Positions 1 to 7,974 of a DNA stretch of 50,857 bases are shown one piece after another; position 1 is the stretch's first letter; the number at the start of each line of letters is the position of its first letter. Below the pieces are notes generated by a model. It ran no database searches, had not been told where the DNA came from, and saw only the letters and a list, made by a program, of their open reading frames with translations. This DNA comes from Eubacteriales bacterium. Its GTDB lineage: Bacteria > Bacillota > Clostridia > Oscillospirales > CAG-272. The translations under genes and the position numbers were made by a program. The stretch covers positions 1 to 50,857 of the forward strand of contig JAZTZC010000130.1 of NCBI GenBank assembly GCA_045637265.1. The letters run 5' to 3'.

Positions 1-212
1 TCATCCAGCGCCGCAAGCATTTGCTTGTGTGCCCGTGCAGCGTAATCCTCTCCGCCGTTATAATAATAGGCAAACGCAAGCGCTCCGATGGAATCGGTGG
101 TATCGGCTTGACGCAGAACCGCATCGACCAGCGCACGAACACGGTCATCGCTCTGAGCGCGCCGACGAATGGCATCCAACTGTCCGTTTGCAAAAAACGC
201 CTGATTGATCAT
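1..212 (-). CDS. hypothetical protein, N-terminal fragment (gene runs off the window start)
   Basis: Absent from the ORF track because there is no stop in the window. Minus-strand ATG at 212..210 lies 7 nt after a GGGGGAGG Shine-Dalgarno (rc of 220..227). Hand translation MINQAFFANGQLDAIRRRAQSDDRVRALVDAVLRQADTTDSIGALAFAYYYNGGEDYAARAHKQMLAALD stays open to base 1. It lies just downstream of the LCP gene stop on the same strand. Confidence 0.45.
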   Translation of the reverse strand, partial: MINQAFFANGQLDAIRRRAQSDDRVRALVDAVLRQADTTDSIGALAFAYYYNGGEDYAARAHKQMLAALD

Positions 213-235
213 TGTCTGTCCTCCCCCGAATCACG

Positions 236-1282
236 TTAAGAGCGATACTGCAAAAGCGATGCGATGGCCTTTGCCGTATCGGGCACAAACATCGGGTCAC
301 CGTTTTCGACGGTCATCTTTCCGGGATATTCATAATTGATTACCTCAAAATCGCCGATGCGGAAAATCAGATCAAGATTGTCGGTGAAGTCCGCAAGGCG
401 CAGATTGGTGGAAATTCCGTTTTTCAGAGATTTATACAAATCGGGTGCATGTGCAAGCGTTGTAATCTTATTGATGGAGGTCATCATGGAGATTGCCATT
501 TCGCGGAGCACCGACAAACGGGAGATATCGCGATTTTCATAGTCTGCATACCGCAGAACCTGCATCGCCGTTTCCCCCGACAGCCATTGAGAGCCCGCCT
601 TCAGAGAGATGGTCAGTCCCTCCACAGGATCTTCATATTCCATATCGCACGGAACCTTGAACGACAAGCCGCCGAGCTGTTCGATGATCGATGCCATCGT
701 CGGGATGCTGACAACGCCGTAATAATCAAAGGAAAAGCCAGTGATCGCACTGACCTTACCAAGGAAAAAGTCAAGTCCCTTTTCCATAAACACCGATCCG
801 AGCGCAGTATGGACACCGTCGACAAACACACGGGTATTGCCTGAAAGTGCCGTCAGAACCAATCTGTGATCCTCTTTGTCCACACGACCGACAATCACGG
901 CATCCGCCGAGATATCGCGCGTCATTTCATAGGACAAGAGCTGACCGACACCGGCATCCTGAACGCCGGAAAGTGCCTTGGACAGATAATCGGGCATCGA
1001 TGCATGGTAATCGTCAAACGCATCCTTCTGATAGTCAAGACCCACCAGAACAAAGTTGAAGGAGGTTCCCTGAATCGTCGTTGTTCCGGGATTTTCCACC
1101 TCTTCAAACGGATTGAATACACCGACGGTTTCCTCCGCGGTATCCGTTACCGTCTCCGTCTCCTTTGTAAATCCGCCGGAGAAGTTTTCCATGGCAAAAT
1201 CGGCAAGAAAATATGCAAGTGCCGCAAATATGAGAAGCGATACCACGAACGTGATCGCAAAATTTCTGAGGGAAGGAAGCAT
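236..1282 (-). CDS. LytR/CpsA/Psr (LCP) family cell-envelope phosphotransferase
   Basis: 348-aa ORF. N-terminal TM helix (FAITFVVSLLIFAALAYFLADF). LCP-like core: NFVLVGLD, RVDKEDHRLVLTALSGNTRVFV, DYYGVVSIPTMASIIEQLGGLSFKVP, LKAGSQWLSGETAMQVLRY. GGAGAG RBS upstream of the ATG. Confidence 0.85.
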   Translation of the reverse strand: MLPSLRNFAITFVVSLLIFAALAYFLADFAMENFSGGFTKETETVTDTAEETVGVFNPFEEVENPGTTTIQGTSFNFVLVGLDYQKDAFDDYHASMPDYLSKALSGVQDAGVGQLLSYEMTRDISADAVIVGRVDKEDHRLVLTALSGNTRVFVDGVHTALGSVFMEKGLDFFLGKVSAITGFSFDYYGVVSIPTMASIIEQLGGLSFKVPCDMEYEDPVEGLTISLKAGSQWLSGETAMQVLRYADYENRDISRLSVLREMAISMMTSINKITTLAHAPDLYKSLKNGISTNLRLADFTDNLDLIFRIGDFEVINYEYPGKMTVENGDPMFVPDTAKAIASLLQYRS

Positions 1283-1595
1283 CGTATTCTCTCCTTTACT
1301 GATGTTACCGAAACCGCAGTCCGCGGCTCATTCATTATTATAATACAATCATTGAAAATTTTCAATATATCAGATGTGAATTTTTTTGCTGTTTCTTCCG
1401 CTGACACGCACCAAAAACAGGATACGCGGGTGCTCCTTTTCGAAAATTGCGATAAAATTGTTAAATCTTTTGAAAAAGTCTTTCCTTTATGCAAAATATC
1501 TGTTATAATATAAGATATTCCGGAAATTTCGCTTTCCGGATAGCAAAAACCGAAAGGAGATCATCTTTGCCCGACAAAGGTGATAACGGATATTC

Positions 1596-2699
1596 ATGGC
1601 AAAAGAAAAAAAACAAACAACCGAACAGAACAGCTGCACCGATCCGCTGGCATGCAAGCGCGGCAAAATCGGCGGTGAGGCGGTTCTGGAAGGAATCATG
1701 ATGAAGGCGGGCGGAACATATTCCATCGCACTTCGTCAGCAGGATAAAAAGATCCGCATTTCCGACCACAAATATACGACCGTCCGTGATAAGCACAAGC
1801 TTCTGCGTCTGCCGATCATCCGCGGCGTCATCAACATGGTCGAAAGCTTCATTCTTTCCTACAAAGTGCTCGGTATCTCTGCCGATGCCTACGGATTGGA
1901 AGAAGAAGAACCGACAAAATTTGAAAAATGGCTGGAAAAAACCTTTGGCAAAAGCATTCTCGACATCGTCATGGTCTTTGCCGGCGTGCTCGGTGTTGCG
2001 CTGGGCTTCGGGCTGTTCTTCTATCTGCCGATGCTCGTCACCAAGGGACTGGATTCCCTTGTCGGCGGCAATCTCGGCTGGTTCAAAAACGTCATTGAGG
2101 GCTGTCTGCGTATCGGTATCTTTGTACTGTATGTATGGGCTGTCTCCTTTATGAATGATATCAAACGAACCTTCCAGTATCACGGAGCCGAACACAAAAC
2201 AATCTTCTGCTACGAACAGGGACTGGATCTGACCGTCGAAAATGTCCGCGCACAAAAACGATTCCATCCGCGCTGCGGCACGAGCTTCATCTTTGTCGTT
2301 CTGATCGTATCGATCATTTTCGCATCGTTCATCACATGGGATGCACTTTGGATGCGACTGCTCATCAAGCTGCCGATGCTGCCGCTGATCGTCGGTCTTT
2401 CCTTTGAGTTCATCATGTACGCAGGCAAGCACGACAATCTGTTCACGAAAATTCTTTCCGCACCTGGACTCTGGATGCAGCACATGACAACCAAGGAGCC
2501 GGATGACGATCAGATTGAAATCGCCATTGCTGCGGTCAAGTACACACTCAAGGACGAATATCCTGACTTTGAAACCTATGCCGTTCCGGGCGAGAGCTAC
2601 CGCATTGTCGGAAAAAAGCCTGAAGCAAATGAATCCACAGAAGAAACCACCGAAACCAAGGAATGTGAAAAGGAAGTCTGCAATACTTCCGCTGAATAA
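1596..2699 (+). CDS. DUF1385 (YqhQ-like) membrane protein
   Basis: 367 aa. The N-terminal GGEAVLEGIMMK motif and the later YHGAEHK / RFHPRCGTSF motifs are typical of DUF1385. It lies directly upstream of prmC, as in many Firmicutes. An in-frame TGA at 1581 fixes the start at 1596. Confidence 0.8.
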   Translation: MAKEKKQTTEQNSCTDPLACKRGKIGGEAVLEGIMMKAGGTYSIALRQQDKKIRISDHKYTTVRDKHKLLRLPIIRGVINMVESFILSYKVLGISADAYGLEEEEPTKFEKWLEKTFGKSILDIVMVFAGVLGVALGFGLFFYLPMLVTKGLDSLVGGNLGWFKNVIEGCLRIGIFVLYVWAVSFMNDIKRTFQYHGAEHKTIFCYEQGLDLTVENVRAQKRFHPRCGTSFIFVVLIVSIIFASFITWDALWMRLLIKLPMLPLIVGLSFEFIMYAGKHDNLFTKILSAPGLWMQHMTTKEPDDDQIEIAIAAVKYTLKDEYPDFETYAVPGESYRIVGKKPEANESTEETTETKECEKEVCNTSAE

Positions 2700-2704
2700 T
2701 CACC

Positions 2705-3583
2705 ATGATGACTTACGCTGAACTGAGACGCACCCTGCGTGCGACATTATCCGATGCCGGTAAACTGACCGGTCTTCCCATTGATACGGTATACGAAGCC
2801 GATGAAATTCTGCGCCTTGTCGCAGGTCTGGACCGTGCCGCCGTTCTTCTGCGCGGTGCTGAAGAAGCTGCAGAAGCGACTGCGATGCGCTGTATCGCCG
2901 CAGCCAAAGGACGCGGAGAGGGCATTCCGCTTGCTTATCTTCTGGGAATTTCTCCCTTCTGCGGAGAAGACTTTTACTGTGCGCCCGGATGCCTGATTCC
3001 GCGCGCCGATACCGAAACACTCGTCGAGGAGGCGGCATCGCGTCTGCCCGCCGGCGGTGTTCTGTGGGATCTGTGTACCGGGTCCGGCTGTGTCCCGATC
3101 GCTGTTCTTCTGCAGCGCGATGACATTCCCGCGGCATACGGTGTAGAGCTGTATCCGTCAGCCGAAGCAACGGCAGAACGCAATATCGCTAAATTCTCCG
3201 AAAAGCTGGGAGAACGCTTCACGCTGGTCCACGGCGATGTTCTGGGCGGTGATATTCCGCAGAACAGCGCTGCACCTTCGGTCATCACAGCAAATCCTCC
3301 GTATATCTCCACCTCTGTGATTGAAACACTCGATGTACAGGTGCAGATGGAACCGCGTACCGCACTTGACGGCGGTGAGGACGGCATGCGGTATTACCGC
3401 GCCATACTTGCGGGATATCTCGGTCATCTTGCCGAGGACGGATGCATCATCTTCGAGATCGGCTATGACCAGAAGCGTGCCATCCGTGCACTTGCGCAGG
3501 AATACGACTGTACCTGCATCATCCGCCGCGATTATGACGGCAACGACCGCGTCGCTGTCATAAAGCCGCATCCCAAAGCATAA
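2705..3583 (+). CDS. prmC: peptide chain release factor N5-glutamine methyltransferase
   Basis: 292 aa. SAM-binding LCTGSGCV, catalytic ITANPPY (NPPY) motif, EPRTALDGGEDG motif. 6 nt after the DUF1385 stop. Confidence 0.85.
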   Translation: MMTYAELRRTLRATLSDAGKLTGLPIDTVYEADEILRLVAGLDRAAVLLRGAEEAAEATAMRCIAAAKGRGEGIPLAYLLGISPFCGEDFYCAPGCLIPRADTETLVEEAASRLPAGGVLWDLCTGSGCVPIAVLLQRDDIPAAYGVELYPSAEATAERNIAKFSEKLGERFTLVHGDVLGGDIPQNSAAPSVITANPPYISTSVIETLDVQVQMEPRTALDGGEDGMRYYRAILAGYLGHLAEDGCIIFEIGYDQKRAIRALAQEYDCTCIIRRDYDGNDRVAVIKPHPKA

Positions 3584-3753
3584 CATATCCGCATTTTCAT
3601 GCCGTCTCGCGCGTGCCGGATCGACCGCACATGTTTGAAGACGGCATATCTTCATATAGAATATCTGCGCATCGTGCATCATATTCTGTTGTATCCATTA
3701 TCTAAAACATTTTCCCTGGAAAGGAACTTTCAAATCTGAAAGTCAGGATTCAC

Positions 3754-4830
3754 ATGATGAAAAAAACAGTTCTCTGTCTGTTCGGCGGGAAATCCACCGA
3801 ATACAAGGTTTCCCTGCGCTCCGTCTGTACCGTTCTGGATGCGCTGAACGAAGAAACGTACCGTGTCATCCGCGTCGGCATGACGATCGACGGACGCTGG
3901 TACTATTATACCGGCACAAACGAAAAGATTCTTGACGATACCTGGCACACCGATACCGCCAATCTGCGCCGTGCCATGCTGTCCTCCTCCTACGGCGATC
4001 ACAATCTGTATGTGGAAACCGAAAAAATCAATACCTTTGATACCATCGCCATTGATGTTGTCATTCCGATGGTTCACGGTGCTTACTGCGAGGACGGTAC
4101 ACTGCAGGGTCTGCTTTCCATGACGGGTATCCCGTATGTCGGTCCGCACACCGCCGCATCGGCTGTCGCCATGGATAAGGTTTTCACCAAGCTCATCCTC
4201 AACAATTTCGGTATTCCGCAGGCAAAATGTGCCGTTCTGACCAAATCCCGCATCGACAGCGAACTTGATACCTGCTGTGATGAAGCAGAAGCGGTCAGCT
4301 CCTATCCGCTGTTTGTCAAGCCCGCCAATGCAGGCTCGTCCATCGGCGTTTCCAAGGCAGATAACCGTGCGGAACTGTGCTCTGCTTTGCAGCTTGCCGC
4401 ATCGTTTGATGATAAGGTGCTCGTGGAGGAATGTATCGTCGGACGCGAGGTCGAATGTGCGGTACTCGGCAATGAGCATCCGATGGCATCGATCCCCGGA
4501 GAGATCAATTCCGGTGCCGATTTTTACGACTACGATGCAAAATACATCACCGATACCTCCTCCGATTATATTCCCGCGCGTATTTCCGAGGAAGCACTGG
4601 AGGCTGTCCGCGGATATGCCGTCAAGATTTACGAAATCCTCGGATGCAAAGGTCTGTCCCGCGTCGACTTTTTTGTCACAGCGGATGAATCGATCATTTT
4701 CAACGAAATCAACACCCTTCCCGGATTTACCTCCATCAGCATGTATCCGAAAATGTGGAATCATATGGGCAAGTCGATTCCCGCACTGCTTGACGATCTG
4801 ATTGCGCTTGCGGAAACGGCAGGTAAGTAA
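3754..4830 (+). CDS. ddl: D-alanine--D-alanine ligase
   Basis: 358 aa. N-terminal LFGGKSTEYKVSLRS, ATP-grasp motifs PLFVKPANAGSSIGVSK, omega-loop FYDYDAKY, C-terminal NEINTLPGFTS. Confidence 0.9.
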   Translation: MMKKTVLCLFGGKSTEYKVSLRSVCTVLDALNEETYRVIRVGMTIDGRWYYYTGTNEKILDDTWHTDTANLRRAMLSSSYGDHNLYVETEKINTFDTIAIDVVIPMVHGAYCEDGTLQGLLSMTGIPYVGPHTAASAVAMDKVFTKLILNNFGIPQAKCAVLTKSRIDSELDTCCDEAEAVSSYPLFVKPANAGSSIGVSKADNRAELCSALQLAASFDDKVLVEECIVGREVECAVLGNEHPMASIPGEINSGADFYDYDAKYITDTSSDYIPARISEEALEAVRGYAVKIYEILGCKGLSRVDFFVTADESIIFNEINTLPGFTSISMYPKMWNHMGKSIPALLDDLIALAETAGK

Positions 4831-4833
4831 TCC

Positions 4834-5667
4834 ATGACGTATGAAAATCACCGTCCTGTGGGCGTGTTTGACAGCGGACTTGGCGGTCTTTCCGCTGTCC
4901 GTGAAATCCGCTCGCTCCTGCCCTCAGAGGATCTGATCTATTTCGGTGACACGGGTCGTGTTCCCTACGGCACGCGCTCCCGCGAGACAATTTGCCGCTA
5001 TGCCGCGCAGGACATCCGCTTTCTTCTTTCCCACGCGGACTGCAAGGCTGTTGTCGTCGCCTGCGGCACCGTATCGGCAAACGCACTTGATATGCTTCGG
5101 GAAAACAACGATATCCCGATCATCGGTGTCATCGATCCCGCCGTGGAAGCCGCCGCGCGCGCAACAAAGAACGGAAACATCGGCATCATTGCAACGCCGT
5201 CCACCATTGCGTCGGGTGCTTATGAGCGGGCATTGCTTGCCCAAAACCCCGAGTTCCGTGTCACAAGTCAGGCGTGTGCGCTGTTTGTGCCGTTGGTCGA
5301 AAACGGATTTATCGATGCGGATGATCCGATTCCCCGTCTGACTGCCGAGCGGTATCTTGCGCCGATCCGTGAAAGCGGCGCCGATACGCTGATTCTCGGC
5401 TGTACGCATTATCCGCTGCTTTCTGCGGTCATCTCCGCCGTGCTCCCCGATGTCACACTGATCGATACCGGGTATGAGGCGGCACAGAGTCTTGCAAAAC
5501 TGCTTTCCGAGAGGGAAATGCAAACCCCGTCCACATCCCCCGGCACATCCCGCTTTTATGTCAGCGATGAGCCGCAGGGCTTTGCTCATGCCGCGTCACG
5601 CTTTTTGGGGCTGTCCGAAAACGAACCGCTTCCGATGGTGGAACGCGTGAATATCGCGGCATATTGA
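4834..5667 (+). CDS. murI: glutamate racemase
   Basis: 277 aa. VGVFDSGLGGLS N-terminus, the two catalytic Cys contexts VVACGTVSA and LGCTHYP. Starts 4 nt after ddl. Confidence 0.9.
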   Translation: MTYENHRPVGVFDSGLGGLSAVREIRSLLPSEDLIYFGDTGRVPYGTRSRETICRYAAQDIRFLLSHADCKAVVVACGTVSANALDMLRENNDIPIIGVIDPAVEAAARATKNGNIGIIATPSTIASGAYERALLAQNPEFRVTSQACALFVPLVENGFIDADDPIPRLTAERYLAPIRESGADTLILGCTHYPLLSAVISAVLPDVTLIDTGYEAAQSLAKLLSEREMQTPSTSPGTSRFYVSDEPQGFAHAASRFLGLSENEPLPMVERVNIAAY

Positions 5668-5719
5668 CCAAACCATGAAATTTTCTCCGCGATTTTCTGC
5701 ATAAATTTCCAAAATCGTA

Positions 5720-5748
5720 TTGACAAACAAACTGATTTGCGTTACAAT
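5720..5748 (+). promoter_or_regulatory. SigA-type promoter for the surface-protein gene
   Basis: TTGACA (5720..5725), 17-nt spacer, TACAAT (5743..5748). About 70 nt upstream of the AAGGAGA RBS and the ATG at 5817. Confidence 0.5.
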
Positions 5749-5816
5749 AAGGGTAACACAGCACACTATGCCACAATCATGTGCCGCGAAAAATCATTCA
5801 AAGGAGATTATTTACC

Positions 5817-6983
5817 ATGAAGAAGATGCTCAAGCTTCTGACGCTCGTCCTTTCTGTCATGATGATCGCAACCTGTGCGGTCAATGCAGGTGAGTATGAC
5901 GATGTGTTCGCAAACCTTTCTTTCTCTGAATTCGCGCTCTACGAACAGGGTACACTGGATGCCGTTCAGATGCGTGCGTTCGCTGTTGACCCCAACGGCA
6001 AGTATTACTACGGCGGTCTGCTCAACGGCGGTATTCCCACCGTTTATCAGTTCGATGCCAAGACCGGCGATCCCATCTGCACCTATCAGTTCGATCCCGC
6101 TGAAGACGAAGGCGCATACATCAAGGCGCTCGCAGCCGATGACCGCGGATACGTCTACATGGGTGTTGCCAACAAGGCAAACAACGGCGCTGTCTACTTC
6201 GCAATCTGCTCCGAAAACGGTCTGTCCGAGATCAAGTGGGTCAAGATTGAAATCGAAGGCAAGGTTGGTGTCAACGGCGCATGTGTCCGTGAAGTCAACG
6301 GCAGCTACTACCTGTACTTCATTACCAACTATGACTCCGACAGACTGTACTGCTACGATGTTACCGATGTCAACAACCCGAAGATCATGGAAGCATTCGG
6401 TAATGACGGCTTCACCTCCGGCGGCGGTTACCTCGATCTGACCTCCGGCTTCGGTATGCAGGATGCAAACAACATCACCATTGACGAACAGGGTTACATT
6501 TACATCTGCGCTACCACAGGTACCGGCTCCAAGGGCGATACCATTTTCAAGGTTTCCTCCTCCGGCACCGGCGTTGTTGCTCAGGCTTCCGTTTCTGAAT
6601 GCTTCGGCGTTGCAATCCTCGGCAACGGCTACCTCGCAGCTTGTACCTACGAAGGCATGGACTCCAAGGTTCACATCCTGAACCAGGCAGACCTTACCCC
6701 CGTTACCGTTGTTGGTTACGACAACGCAAACAACTTCACTCAGCTCGGTATGATCGGCAACCGTATCTTCATGGCTGACCAGGGTCCCGACGCGGTCCTC
6801 GTTTCTTCCGAAATCAACTTCCCGGTTCCCGTTGAACCCGAAGTTCCCGCAGAAGACATTCCCGCAGAAGGCGGCGATGCTCCCGCTCCTGTCGCTCCGA
6901 CGACCGCTGATACCGGTCTCGTTGCAGCATCTGTTCTCCTGCTCGCAGCAGCAGCTGTCGTTCTCAAGGCAAGAAAGCACTGA
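5817..6983 (+). CDS. secreted beta-propeller-like surface protein with C-terminal anchor
   Basis: The track ORF begins at GTG 5781. The ATG at 5817 follows an AAGGAGA RBS and gives a signal peptide (MKKMLKLLTLVLSVMMIATCAVNA). The body has repeated G-Y-(I/V)-Y-type strand motifs (GKYYYGG, RGYVYMGV, GSYYLYFI, QGYIYICA, NGYLAAC). The Pro/Glu-rich stalk ends in PTTADTG + hydrophobic helix + KARKH. Confidence 0.6.
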   Translation: MKKMLKLLTLVLSVMMIATCAVNAGEYDDVFANLSFSEFALYEQGTLDAVQMRAFAVDPNGKYYYGGLLNGGIPTVYQFDAKTGDPICTYQFDPAEDEGAYIKALAADDRGYVYMGVANKANNGAVYFAICSENGLSEIKWVKIEIEGKVGVNGACVREVNGSYYLYFITNYDSDRLYCYDVTDVNNPKIMEAFGNDGFTSGGGYLDLTSGFGMQDANNITIDEQGYIYICATTGTGSKGDTIFKVSSSGTGVVAQASVSECFGVAILGNGYLAACTYEGMDSKVHILNQADLTPVTVVGYDNANNFTQLGMIGNRIFMADQGPDAVLVSSEINFPVPVEPEVPAEDIPAEGGDAPAPVAPTTADTGLVAASVLLLAAAAVVLKARKH

Positions 6984-7042
6984 GATCAAACACGCAGAAC
7001 CATGCATCCGACTTATGCATGTCTGAAGTGAATACGAAAATC

Positions 7043-7073
7043 CGTCTCCATGTGGCAGGAGACGCATTTTTTT
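7043..7073 (+). terminator. intrinsic terminator after the surface-protein gene
   Basis: CGTCTCC (7043..7049) / GGAGACG (7058..7064) stem with an 8-nt loop, followed by CATTTTTTT. Confidence 0.6.
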
Positions 7074-7145
7074 CGATTTGGTCACACTTTTTTTATATTT
7101 TTATGATATAATACGGGAAAACAACTCAATAAAGGAGACCTGTTG

Positions 7146-7889
7146 ATGTCCGAATATTCCCGTTTCACCTATGAGGGTGATGTTATGGTTCATATGTCCG
7201 ATGCAAACCGCGTCTGCCGTGCGGCTGATCTGATGCGCTTTATGCAAGAGGCAGCAACCCGTCAGCTGGAGATGCTCGGTCCGAACCTGACCACATTGCA
7301 GTCACAGGGACGTGCATTTATTATGAGCCGTATTTCCATTGATTTCCCCGCCCCGGTGTATACATTTGACACGGTACAGTGTACCACATGGCCGTGCGCA
7401 TCGAGCCGCGGTGCTGCGTTTGACCGTCATTTTGAGATCTTCTGCGGGGAGGACACCGTTGCCCGGGCCGCATCCCAGTGGGCATTTCTTGACTATCAAA
7501 ACCAAAAGCTTCTGCGCGTCGAGGATGCGAACGTCTATTTCACAAGAGATGAGGTTATCACCACCACGCTGCCTCTGCGCTTCCGAATTCCCAAAGACGC
7601 AAACCTGATTCCTGTCGGCGAGAAAACCGTACGGTACTCCGATATTGATACCAACCGTCATCTGAACAACACGCATTACTGCGATCTGTACTGTGACCAT
7701 CTTCCCATGGACGGAAAACGAATTGCCGCCCTCTCCATTGCCTTTCAGAAGGAAGCTCCGCTTGGTGAGACGATCACCGTTCTCCGCACAGAAGAACCCG
7801 ATGAAAATGGGATTTATTATTTCCGTACGGTGCGTCAGTCTGACGGTGCGGTTAATACCGAGGCGATGGTACAGCTTGTCTCACTGTAA
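7146..7889 (+). CDS. acyl-ACP thioesterase family protein
   Basis: The track start is TTG 7143. ATG 7146 lies 8 nt after GGAG (7134..7137). Hot-dog thioesterase pattern with YSDIDTNRHLNNTHY, typical of the acyl-ACP thioesterase family. A TGaTATAAT promoter-like element is at 7104..7112. Confidence 0.75.
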   Translation: MSEYSRFTYEGDVMVHMSDANRVCRAADLMRFMQEAATRQLEMLGPNLTTLQSQGRAFIMSRISIDFPAPVYTFDTVQCTTWPCASSRGAAFDRHFEIFCGEDTVARAASQWAFLDYQNQKLLRVEDANVYFTRDEVITTTLPLRFRIPKDANLIPVGEKTVRYSDIDTNRHLNNTHYCDLYCDHLPMDGKRIAALSIAFQKEAPLGETITVLRTEEPDENGIYYFRTVRQSDGAVNTEAMVQLVSL

Positions 7890-7974
7890 TTCATAACATA
7901 TATGCTCCCGCCCGACACATGTAATTTGCATGCGTCAAACGGGAGCGCTTTGCATTTATATGAAGATCTGAATA

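Noticed and set aside
3754-4830. Possibility that the ddl gene is a Van-type D-Ala-D-Lac/D-Ser ligase. The C-terminal EINTLPGFTS resembles VanA.
   Set aside because: The omega-loop reads FYDYDAKY, as in ordinary D-Ala-D-Ala ligases. No vanH/vanX/vanRS genes are nearby. Its neighbour is murI.
7890-7974. GCTCCCG / CGGGAGC stem between the convergent thioesterase and GRE genes, considered as a bidirectional terminator.
   Set aside because: It has a 7-bp stem, a ~30-nt loop and no clear T-tracts. The evidence is too weak to list as a feature.
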